From NCBI GenBank assembly GCA_964348015.1, contig CAYGBC010000050.1:261001-325000 (forward strand): a DNA stretch of 64,000 nucleotides. The letters are read 5' to 3'. Shown here one piece after another: positions 47,962 to 56,229 of this stretch; position 1 is the first letter of the stretch; every line of letters starts with the position of its first letter. The position numbers and the translations under genes are program-made. The notes beneath the pieces were generated by a model that was given only the letters and a program-made list of their open reading frames with translations, was not told the origin of the DNA and did no database searches. The DNA comes from an uncultured Eubacteriales bacterium. GTDB taxonomy: Bacteria; Acidobacteriota; Aminicenantia; Aminicenantales; Aminicenantaceae.

Positions 47962-49662
47962 ATGAAAACGAAAAAACGAATTATTCTTCTCTTGTGTGCA
48001 TTTCTTCTGACATCAGCCATTCTCCAGGCTGAGGTTCTGCTGGACCAGGCTCCTCTTCAGATCGGGAATGCCATTCTTTTGCGAGATAGCGCATCGCCAA
48101 ACACATTTTACTACATTCCGAACAAGCCCCGGATCGCCACCTGGCCGGACGGCACCCCCAAACTGACCTTTCTCAAGTACACGAAAGCGGGGGAAAAAGA
48201 GCTCAAAGGAGGAATCCTTCACTTCTTTGTCACGTACAGCCTTACTCCGCAGGAACTGAAAAAGGTCAGGGATGAACTGAAAAAAAAGAACGAGAAGGCT
48301 ATGTTGAAAGGTCCGGTGATATTTAAAAAAGGAACCTTCGGCGTGATCTCCGCTGCGGTTGGGGAAGGAGGCGCGTTTACCAGGAAAGTTATAGGAGAAG
48401 GCAAGGCCCCACTGGTCTCAGGCTCGGAAGTTTCTGTCTCTATTGCTGTCACGCCGGAAGGAGCCGCCTTTCTCGATGAGGCACTGCGACAACCGACGTA
48501 TCCGGTCAGTATCCGGTTTGATATGACTTATGAGGGGCTGACTCCCAAATTTAACGCCAAAGCCAGAATTCACTGGTCTAAAGTGCGCGAATATTTTGAG
48601 GAATACAAAAAATGGAGAATCTACAAGACAAAGAAATTTTTATTCTGGAAGTGGAAAGTCCAAAAGGGAACAGGGGAGAGCCTCGATATCACGGATGAAT
48701 TGCGCTCCAAACAGATGATCGAGATCGATGTCACGGGCGAAGATGAAAACATGGAATCCATCCTTCAGACTGTGACGGACACAGTCATGCGGGAGATGTT
48801 CGAGATGAAGATCGAGCTGCCCACAGGAGCCACAGAAGAAGAGGGGGAAGAAGGAGAAGAGGAGGGAAGCCAGGATAGGGATTACGGCGTGAGCACGACG
48901 ATGAAAAAAGTGAGCCGGACGGGAACAGCAGTCATCAATCTGACCAAAAGGCTCCGCCAAGATAGGGACACGGGACCGATGGACGCCAGCATCGGTGATA
49001 TCCTCAGAAAATACAAGAATGATAAGCGTGTCCATGATGTCATCAACCTCGATGACCCGGACCTGGAAGACCGTACGGTTTACTCCATCCTGGACGGCGA
49101 GGATTTTGACAATTTCGGGAAATATATCAACTTCGTCACAGTGAGCTTCAAGAAAGCCCATCCTCAGGGCCAGCCAACCACCGCTGATGTCATTTTTAAC
49201 GCCAAGACCTTCGCGGAAAAGGGAAACATGCTCCCCTTCGTATATCCGCGGCTTGGCGAGGGGGAGGGATGGCTCAATTATGAATACAAAACCACCTGGA
49301 GCTTTATGGGAGGCATCAAGGTTGAGGGGGATTGGGTCAACACCGATGAACCGGCCGTGAGTCTTTCCCCACCGCACAGATACCGGACAGTGGACATCAT
49401 CGCCGATGAAGAAAACGTGGCCCAGTACAACATCAAACTGATCACGGTCACTCTCAAGAATAGAGTGTTTGGCAGGGAAAGAGTGCGGCAGGTCAAGATC
49501 ATGCCCCAGCAGTCCATGTGGGAAAAATACGAGTACAATCATGAAGAAGGAAGCCTCGATTTTTCTTACCAGATCACCTGGCTCCTGGGGGACGGGAGAA
49601 CAGTGACTTCTGAATGGCAGACAACCACCGATCCCTTTGTGTACACATTGTATAAAGAGTAA
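47962..49662 (+). CDS. Secreted protein 5 (full-length paralogue with a Trp/Lys-rich loop)
   Basis: Signal peptide LQA/EVLLD, PRIATWPDGTPKL, GGILHFFVTY, YEGLTPKFNAK and LEDRTVYSILDGEDF. ATG 47962 follows GGAGG. Confidence 0.85.
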   Translation: MKTKKRIILLLCAFLLTSAILQAEVLLDQAPLQIGNAILLRDSASPNTFYYIPNKPRIATWPDGTPKLTFLKYTKAGEKELKGGILHFFVTYSLTPQELKKVRDELKKKNEKAMLKGPVIFKKGTFGVISAAVGEGGAFTRKVIGEGKAPLVSGSEVSVSIAVTPEGAAFLDEALRQPTYPVSIRFDMTYEGLTPKFNAKARIHWSKVREYFEEYKKWRIYKTKKFLFWKWKVQKGTGESLDITDELRSKQMIEIDVTGEDENMESILQTVTDTVMREMFEMKIELPTGATEEEGEEGEEEGSQDRDYGVSTTMKKVSRTGTAVINLTKRLRQDRDTGPMDASIGDILRKYKNDKRVHDVINLDDPDLEDRTVYSILDGEDFDNFGKYINFVTVSFKKAHPQGQPTTADVIFNAKTFAEKGNMLPFVYPRLGEGEGWLNYEYKTTWSFMGGIKVEGDWVNTDEPAVSLSPPHRYRTVDIIADEENVAQYNIKLITVTLKNRVFGRERVRQVKIMPQQSMWEKYEYNHEEGSLDFSYQITWLLGDGRTVTSEWQTTTDPFVYTLYKE

Positions 49663-49684
49663 GAAAACCCGCATTTAAAAAAGA

Positions 49685-50608
49685 ATGAAAAAGGGATTCG
49701 CATTTATTCTGTCTCTCTGTGTTATTCTCGTCACAAGTCCGTCAGCAGAAGTGCTCTTGGACGAGATACCATTAAAAATAGGAAAAATACTCCTCTTCAA
49801 GGACCACACGGATCCAAAAATCTTCTTTTATCTCCCCGCAGAAATCCGTGTGCCTTCAGGACCGGATAACAGGCCAAAAGTCAACTTTTTCAAGCTCAGA
49901 GAGAGGGAAGCGGCCCTGAGTTTTTTCCTCACACACGGCTTGTCTCCTGACGAATTCGACAGAATAGGAAAAAAACTCGCTGAGGAGAGACCGGGAGCCA
50001 TTCTGAAGGGCCCGCTCTCGTTCTCAAAGGGGAAATTCTTTGTTTTCCACAAATCAAACGGAGCGACTGAGCTCTGGGCCAAAGGGAAAGCTCCTCTGTT
50101 TCCAAACCAGGAAATTGTTGTCACCAAAAGACTGAAAGAGCCCTTCGAATGGGATATTAGGGCTGTTTTTGTCATGGAATACGAAGGAATCACGAAAAAA
50201 ATCAACGCAAAACTGCGTGTGGATTGGGATGAAATCTATGTCCAGAGCGCTTTCAGCCAAAAAACAAACTGGACTTCAGAAGAAATAAAGGAGAGCTTGA
50301 TCAAACTCAAGGAGACCAGAGCTGTACAGTTGGAGGTGACAGGAGATGAAAGCGATTTCGATGCGGCTTGGAAGGCCGCCTCCGAACACGTGATTCATCA
50401 GATATTCGATGTTCAAGAAATCCGATTGACCGAATTTCCAAAAAAAGGTCTCAAGGAGACAGGCCCTGAAATCCTTGTCTACGCGCTCAAAACAGAAAAG
50501 AAATCAGGCAGCTACCAGGTTGATTTCAACAGACGTTTCAGGGATAAACGGAAAATTGTCCTGATATCTGATATAGGCGATACGATTAAGAAAGCCCTGG
50601 GTCATTGA
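49685..50608 (+). CDS. Secreted protein 6 (core-only paralogue)
   Basis: Signal peptide PSA/EVLLD, LFKDHTDPKIFFYLP, GPLSFSKG, GKAPL, YEGITKKINAKLRVDW and SGSYQVDF. Ends at the point where the others begin their C-terminal domains. Confidence 0.82.
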   Translation: MKKGFAFILSLCVILVTSPSAEVLLDEIPLKIGKILLFKDHTDPKIFFYLPAEIRVPSGPDNRPKVNFFKLREREAALSFFLTHGLSPDEFDRIGKKLAEERPGAILKGPLSFSKGKFFVFHKSNGATELWAKGKAPLFPNQEIVVTKRLKEPFEWDIRAVFVMEYEGITKKINAKLRVDWDEIYVQSAFSQKTNWTSEEIKESLIKLKETRAVQLEVTGDESDFDAAWKAASEHVIHQIFDVQEIRLTEFPKKGLKETGPEILVYALKTEKKSGSYQVDFNRRFRDKRKIVLISDIGDTIKKALGH

Positions 50609-50671
50609 GTATTTTTTCATAAGACGGCCTGTCATCTTTTTATATTCCAGAATGTATAAAAGGAGGAATGA

Positions 50672-51424
50672 ATGAAAGATATTTTCAGAAAAATCATTTG
50701 TGTTATTCCGATTCTCTTTTTTACTTCACTGAACCTGACTGCTCAAGAGGTCGTTCCTGATCTTATCAGTACGAGCACAAAAAGAATTCTTCTCCCTGAA
50801 ACAACAGAGCCGCTTGTTTTCATTATCAAAAGCAAGCCGGATACGGCAATCAACATAGAATTCACTGCCGATAGAAAGTTATTCACTGATTATGATAATC
50901 AGACCGAAGAGAACTTTATTTCAGATTATCTGATAATCGGCAAAGCGCCAGGCGCTCCGGCTGACAAGACTGTAGAAAAAAAATATGAACTGACTCTTGA
51001 AGATGTGAAAGCGCTGGGTCGGAGTAAGAAAAAAGAAGGATTTAAGATTTATTATCGAGCTTTAGTCCTCGGACCTGAAGATGAAGAAGGAGAATCAGCG
51101 GTCACGCACTGGTCTTTCAGTGACGATGACTTGGAGAAGGCTCCGTTCGTCTTCGTTTTTAAAACTCATGAGGCACAGATGGGATATGATTCCTTTTTAA
51201 AAGGAGAAGAGTACTTCAGGCAGGATGAATACACCAAAGCGATCGAGGAGTATGAATCCGCTTTTTTCTATTATCCTGATCCTGTGTTTATTTATAATAT
51301 CGGGATATGTCATCTTCGACTGGCTACGGCGCATATCCTGGAGTTTTTAGAATACGAGGAAGTTACTGAGGAAGACCGTACGAGAGCACAGAATCTCCTC
51401 AAGAGGTTGCGTGGGGATAAGTAG
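50672..51424 (+). CDS. Secreted protein 7: unknown N-domain plus C-terminal TPR
   Basis: Signal peptide LTA/QEV and C-terminal F.KGEEYF..EY.KAIEEYE.AF..YPDP.FIYNIG.CH.RL TPR. Confidence 0.75.
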   Translation: MKDIFRKIICVIPILFFTSLNLTAQEVVPDLISTSTKRILLPETTEPLVFIIKSKPDTAINIEFTADRKLFTDYDNQTEENFISDYLIIGKAPGAPADKTVEKKYELTLEDVKALGRSKKKEGFKIYYRALVLGPEDEEGESAVTHWSFSDDDLEKAPFVFVFKTHEAQMGYDSFLKGEEYFRQDEYTKAIEEYESAFFYYPDPVFIYNIGICHLRLATAHILEFLEYEEVTEEDRTRAQNLLKRLRGDK

Positions 51425-51624
51425 GAAAATAAAATTTCTGATTCTTAATCTTTAAGGGATGAAAAAAGAATTTTTTAACTTCAGTTTCCCATAAAATTTT
51501 CCGGCAAAGGATCCTTTTTTTGATTTTTAATCATTCTTTAGAATTGATGTTTTTAGTATGAGATTCAGTTTTTTCTTGATTTTTTTCCAACTTATGGATA
51601 AAGGATAGTGAGAGGTCAAACACT

Positions 51625-52104
51625 ATGGAACACACAGATGATCTGAGAAAACCTTATCGTACGGCGGTCATAGTCAATGCCGCAGTCATCGGGACTCTGA
51701 TTGCGTATGCGGTGATAATTGAAATAATTCGGAAACAGTTGGCTCCTTTTCAGGGATTTGTGGAAATCACGAATTTTTCTGCACTTCGTTATATTTTTTA
51801 TGGAGTCGCAGTGGCCAACATCTTCATCATACGAATCACTGGAGTATCGCTATTGCGAAAACGGAATTCGGACGAATTCAAACTCATCAGGCTCCAGCTC
51901 CTCAGGGCTTCAGTAGTCAATGCCGCTTTATGCGAGATCCCGGCCATACTGGGTTTCATTCTTTTTCTTTTAGTCGGTTCTGTCCGTGACTATTATCAGT
52001 TGGCCGGAGTCTCATTCATTCTCGTATTTCTCCATTTTCCGCGCTACGGAAAATGGAAAGAATGGGCCAAAAATCCGAAAAAAAACATTGCATCGTGTGG
52101 ATAG
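51625..52104 (+). CDS. Hypothetical integral membrane protein
   Basis: Three to four hydrophobic helices, GAGG RBS. Confidence 0.7.
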   Translation: MEHTDDLRKPYRTAVIVNAAVIGTLIAYAVIIEIIRKQLAPFQGFVEITNFSALRYIFYGVAVANIFIIRITGVSLLRKRNSDEFKLIRLQLLRASVVNAALCEIPAILGFILFLLVGSVRDYYQLAGVSFILVFLHFPRYGKWKEWAKNPKKNIASCG

Positions 52105-52168
52105 CTGATTCCGGAGGATTCAAGCTCAGTTTTTTGTCTGGCAGATCCAGTATTGGATTTTACCTCAA

Positions 52169-52690
52169 ATGAAAAAAAAGAGGAGGATTTCGAACATGCT
52201 CATACCCACTATAGTAATGGCGTGTCTTGCCGTGGTGCTTCTCATTATTGGTTATTCAAGAGGGGAGGGGCAGCACATCACCGGATTGAAATCCGCCTTG
52301 AACATGACAATTGATATTCTTCCGCTGTTGATCTTTGCTTTCATCATGGCGGGTATGATACAGACTCTTTTGCCCCAGGAACTCCTTTCGAGATGGATAG
52401 GGGAGGAGTCCGGAATTCGAGGAATTCTCATCGGAACGATTGCCGGAGGCCTCACTCCTGGCGGACCTTATGTGAGCCTGCCGCTTGCGGCTGGTTTTTT
52501 ACGTGCAGGGGCAAGCCTGGGAACGATGGTGGCCTTTATAACGGCCTGGTCGTTATGGGCGGTCGCGCGTCTGCCGATGGAAATAGGAATAATGGGATGG
52601 AAGTTCACAGCTGTTCGGCTGGTCTGCACTTTTTTCTTCCCTCCGATCGCGGGACTCCTGGCCCAGATGCTGTTTTCTGGATTGAAGTAG
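52169..52690 (+). CDS. Short DUF318/ArsP-type permease
   Basis: GEESGIRGILIGTIAGGLTPGGPYVSLPLAAGFLRAGASLGTMVAFITAWSL motif, highly hydrophobic. Confidence 0.75.
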   Translation: MKKKRRISNMLIPTIVMACLAVVLLIIGYSRGEGQHITGLKSALNMTIDILPLLIFAFIMAGMIQTLLPQELLSRWIGEESGIRGILIGTIAGGLTPGGPYVSLPLAAGFLRAGASLGTMVAFITAWSLWAVARLPMEIGIMGWKFTAVRLVCTFFFPPIAGLLAQMLFSGLK

Positions 52691-52739
52691 GAAATCCTGG
52701 ATTCGGGCTATTCACAAGGACTTAACTCTCTCAAATGGG

Positions 52740-53084
52740 TCAAAGTGTGTTTCTGATTTCATCCAGACATTTCTTGGATTGAGGAACCATCTCAAAAAAT
52801 TTTTCCAGCTTTTCACATGCATAATCACTGCAGTGAGCACAGTTCTCAACGCCCTTTTCCTTTCCACATTTTCTGATTTCGCATATTCGGCTGTAATTGA
52901 AGACATTGTCGCTTTCTGTGAGGCAACCTTCGCAGTCGATGTCTTCAGGCTTGATGTCTGATTTGTATTCCTTTGACCAGATCTCTGCCACTTGGGCTCT
53001 CTTTGCATCATCATTGTCTCTCGTGGCCTGGAATGCCCCGCATTCATGACAGTTTATTCCGCAGAAAGCTGTCATTTCGTCCAT
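52740..53084 (-). CDS. DUF3795-family Cys-rich protein
   Basis: AFCGINCHEC..CEGC..CEIRKC..NCAHCSDYACEKL. Confidence 0.85.
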   Translation of the reverse strand: MDEMTAFCGINCHECGAFQATRDNDDAKRAQVAEIWSKEYKSDIKPEDIDCEGCLTESDNVFNYSRICEIRKCGKEKGVENCAHCSDYACEKLEKFFEMVPQSKKCLDEIRNTL

Positions 53085-53125
53085 TTTACCCTCCGGTAAT
53101 AGTCATCGAGTCTTTTTCTTAAAAT

Positions 53126-54481
53126 TCAAAACCTCAATGTGAAAATCGTCTGGACATTCGGCTCTGAATGAACGCCTATAGATCCATTGTGCAGCCGTAT
53201 GATCTGCCGCGAAAGGCTGAGCCCGATACCTGAACCCTCATCTTTTGTGGAGAAGAAAGGAATGAAGATCTTTTCCAGATTTTCCCGTGGAATTCCCGGA
53301 CCGTTATCGACAACCTGAATGATAACACGACCTCTTCCGTCCATCAGGCCGTTGAGTTCTATATGTGCGTTTTTCCGTCCTTTGACTGCCTGAAAGGCAT
53401 TCAACATCAAATTGATCAAGACCTGTTCGGTGAGCTCTGGGTCGGCGGTGAGCTCAAGAGTTTCAGGATCAACTCTGACTTTCAAGCGAATGGAATTCTC
53501 TTTGATATTGGATTGCATGAGTTTCTGAACCCGATCAAAAAGCTCTTTTATCGGAAAAATCTGAAAATTGGGCTTGGGAATCAGAGTCAGGTTTCTGTAT
53601 GCATCCACAAAATGAAGAAGTCCCTGGCTTCGTTTCTGGATGGTCTTCAGGGCCTGCTGGATATCCTCCAGTGCTTCACTTTTGAACTTTTTCTGTGTCG
53701 TCTTCTTTCCATAAGTGTCCTGGATCAATCCGCTGACCGTAGACGTCAGGGAAGAAATCGGGGTGATCGAGTTCATGATTTCGTGGGTGAGGACCCGGAT
53801 GAGTTTTTGCCAGGCTTCCATCTCTTTTTCTTCCAATTCGCTATGAATATTTTGTAGGGAAACCAGCGAAAATTTCTGTCCTCTTAATTTGAACTCAGTG
53901 GCATATAAGGCGAGGTGCAGTAATTCATTCTCATATTCCACTTTAACGAGCGCGCTTTCTCTTGATTTTAAGTCCAGCATAGTCTTCACCAGAGTCTTGC
54001 TGAGCGATTCGAGTGATTTGATGTTTTTAAGCCTGGCGACTCCCAACAGTCTTTTCGCTGCAGTGTTGATCAGCTCAACTTCTCCATCCGACTGAAAGGC
54101 AATCAACCCGATGCCTACGTGCTGAACGACGGTCTGCAGATACTGGAAGTGTTCCTCCTTTTCGGACCGCGTCTTGCGAAACGCTGCCATGACATCTGAA
54201 AACGCATCCTTCAGCGCATCGAAAGATGGACCAAATCCTTTATCTCTGAATGACTGGGAAAAATCCCCGTATTTGATGGATTCGAAAAATCGAGTCAGGT
54301 CTCTGTTCGTTTTTTCGACATACCGGATGAGGTCGAAAATTTGAAACAGGATGATTATGCCTAAAATAAAGAGCGCCGTGTACAAACTGGTCCGAAATAA
54401 AAGAAAAAAGAAGATGTAGATCGATGCTCCGATAAGGAGAATTCGAACAAGGCAGTTGATCCTGAAGCGATTAAAGACCAT
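53126..54481 (-). CDS. Sensor histidine kinase (NtrY/NtrB-like, PAS + HisKA + HATPase)
   Basis: Two N-terminal TM helices, H-box LTHEIMNSITPI, N-box QVLINLMLNA, DNGPGI, F-box PFFSTK and GSGIGLS. Start placed at ATG 54481. Confidence 0.93.
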   Translation of the reverse strand: MVFNRFRINCLVRILLIGASIYIFFFLLFRTSLYTALFILGIIILFQIFDLIRYVEKTNRDLTRFFESIKYGDFSQSFRDKGFGPSFDALKDAFSDVMAAFRKTRSEKEEHFQYLQTVVQHVGIGLIAFQSDGEVELINTAAKRLLGVARLKNIKSLESLSKTLVKTMLDLKSRESALVKVEYENELLHLALYATEFKLRGQKFSLVSLQNIHSELEEKEMEAWQKLIRVLTHEIMNSITPISSLTSTVSGLIQDTYGKKTTQKKFKSEALEDIQQALKTIQKRSQGLLHFVDAYRNLTLIPKPNFQIFPIKELFDRVQKLMQSNIKENSIRLKVRVDPETLELTADPELTEQVLINLMLNAFQAVKGRKNAHIELNGLMDGRGRVIIQVVDNGPGIPRENLEKIFIPFFSTKDEGSGIGLSLSRQIIRLHNGSIGVHSEPNVQTIFTLRF

Positions 54482-55847
54482 ATTTCTCGAATCTTCGATA
54501 CAAAGATGTCCGGGATAATCCCAGTTCTTTGGCCGCATGGCTGATGTTTCCACCGTGTTTACTGAGAGCCTTCCGGATGATCAATTTTTCTATCTCCTCA
54601 AGATTGTAATCCTCGAAGAACAGCGAGTCTTCTTTGGATTCTACAGAAGGAAAAAAGAAATCAGAGGGCTGCAGCACTGTGGAGTCACTCATTATGACGG
54701 CTCGCTCAATCGCATGCTGGAGTTCGCGAACGTTTCCGGGCCAGGGATATTTCTCCACGCGTTTCAAAGAAGCAGGATTCACTTTTTTGAGAGGCTTGTT
54801 GTATTTTTTGCAGTAAACCTTGAGAAAATGATCCAGAAGCAGGGGAATATCCTCAGGGCGGTCTTTCAAATGAGGAATCCGGATTTCCACAGTGTTCACT
54901 CTGTAGAGGAGATCCTGCCGGAACCTATTCTCCGCGATCATTTCGTGGATCGGCATGTTGGTCGCGCAAATGAGGCGGACATCGATCGGAATGGGTTTAT
55001 TCGAACCAAGGCGTATGACTTTCCGGTTTTCTAATACGGTGAGAAGTTTGGCCTGGAGAGTCAGCGGAAGATTGCAGATCTCATCGAGGAACAGGGTTCC
55101 TCCGGACGCGATCTCAAAACGGCCTGCGCGGTCTTCCCTTGCGTCTGTAAAAGCACCTTTCACATGGCCGAAGAGTTCGCTCTCGAAGAGGGTTTCGCTC
55201 ACGGCGCCCATGTCCACATTGATGAAAACCTCATTGCAGCGCAAGGACTGGCGGTGCAATTCCCGGGCGACCAATTCCTTTCCTGTTCCGTTGTCTCCCA
55301 GAATCAAAACATTGGCATCGGTTTTAGCCACTTTTTGGATAGTCATGAAGACTTCTTCCATTGCAGGACTTTGACCGATAAAGTCGTGAAATGGCTGGTC
55401 CAGGTCCGCACTGAGCTGTTTCTGGCGGGACCGGAGATGATTCGCTTCCACTCGAGATTCCCTCAAATGAATAGCGGCCGAGACTGTGGCGATGAGCTTT
55501 TCGTTCTGCCAGGGTTTGAGGACAAAGTCCGTCGCTCCTTCTTTGACTGCCCGGACTGCCATTTCCACGTCACCAAAGGCTGTGATCAAGACGATCACCA
55601 CAGAAGGATCGATTTCAAGGATCTTACTGAGCCAGATAAAACCTTCTTTGCCGCTCGTAGCCCCTTTGGCGAAATTCATATCCAGAAGAATCACATCATA
55701 GCTCTCATTCTTCATCAGAGAAGGGATGGACTTCGGGTTTTTTTCTGTATCCACCTGGGCGACATGCTTTTTCAGGAGTAGCCGGGCAGCCTGAAGAATG
55801 TCTTCGTCGTCATCGACGATAAGTATCTTTCCTGTTTTCTTGTCCAT
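54471..55847 (-). CDS. Sigma-54-dependent response regulator (NtrC family)
   Basis: Receiver ILIVDDD..LLDMN, AAA+ GDNGTGKE, ESELFGHVKGAFTDA, LFLDEI, DLLYR, WPGNVREL and a Fis-type HTH. Confidence 0.96.
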   Translation of the reverse strand: MDKKTGKILIVDDDEDILQAARLLLKKHVAQVDTEKNPKSIPSLMKNESYDVILLDMNFAKGATSGKEGFIWLSKILEIDPSVVIVLITAFGDVEMAVRAVKEGATDFVLKPWQNEKLIATVSAAIHLRESRVEANHLRSRQKQLSADLDQPFHDFIGQSPAMEEVFMTIQKVAKTDANVLILGDNGTGKELVARELHRQSLRCNEVFINVDMGAVSETLFESELFGHVKGAFTDAREDRAGRFEIASGGTLFLDEICNLPLTLQAKLLTVLENRKVIRLGSNKPIPIDVRLICATNMPIHEMIAENRFRQDLLYRVNTVEIRIPHLKDRPEDIPLLLDHFLKVYCKKYNKPLKKVNPASLKRVEKYPWPGNVRELQHAIERAVIMSDSTVLQPSDFFFPSVESKEDSLFFEDYNLEEIEKLIIRKALSKHGGNISHAAKELGLSRTSLYRRFEKYGL

Positions 55848-56021
55848 AAGAGAGATCCTTCATCATTGGAATTATTATACCAAAAAGAGTGTGTCAAAAT
55901 CTTTTTTTGCATCGTCGAATTATAACTTTGCAAATTCTATGCCTTTCTGGAACGATCTGTTCTCTTTCTGACTATAATCCTGTTTTATCCAGTCTTGAAG
56001 CCTGAAATAGGGGAGTCAAAC

Positions 56022-56059
56022 TGTTCGTTTTCGCACACCTCCTGTCGTATCAGCGAACA
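56022..56059. promoter_or_regulatory. Candidate tandem enhancer (activator-binding) sites
   Basis: TGTTCG-TTTT-CGCACA and TGTCGT-ATCAG-CGAACA, imperfect TGT-N10/11-ACA palindromes about 21 bp apart, 55-90 bp upstream of the -24 element. Confidence 0.55.
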
Positions 56060-56113
56060 CTTTTTTCATGATTTCGTGCAACCGTTTTGACATTCTCTCC
56101 GTAAAGTCAATTC

Positions 56114-56129
56114 TGGCACATTTATTGCA
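56114..56129 (+). promoter_or_regulatory. Sigma-54 (-24/-12) promoter of exporter operon 2
   Basis: TGGCAC-ATTTA-TTGCA, near-consensus, next to a divergent sigma-54 activator gene. Confidence 0.85.
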
Positions 56130-56229
56130 AATGACAGGAGTGAAGAGCGCAAATATGTACAAGATTTTATACATACGGATGGATAAATTAGGGAAGAAAT
56201 GATGAGACGTTCGAAGATGGAGGATAGAA

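Noticed and set aside
41636-49674. Minus-strand ORFs inside the paralogue operon (e.g. 41636-42292, 43463-44071, 44434-45123, 48640-49674)
   Set aside because: Fully overlap conserved plus-strand genes, and their composition is that of reverse-complemented coding sequence.
51425-51620. Rho-independent terminator after the paralogue operon
   Set aside because: Only AT-rich tracts and a short AAAGGATCCTTT palindrome; no convincing GC stem with a U-tract.
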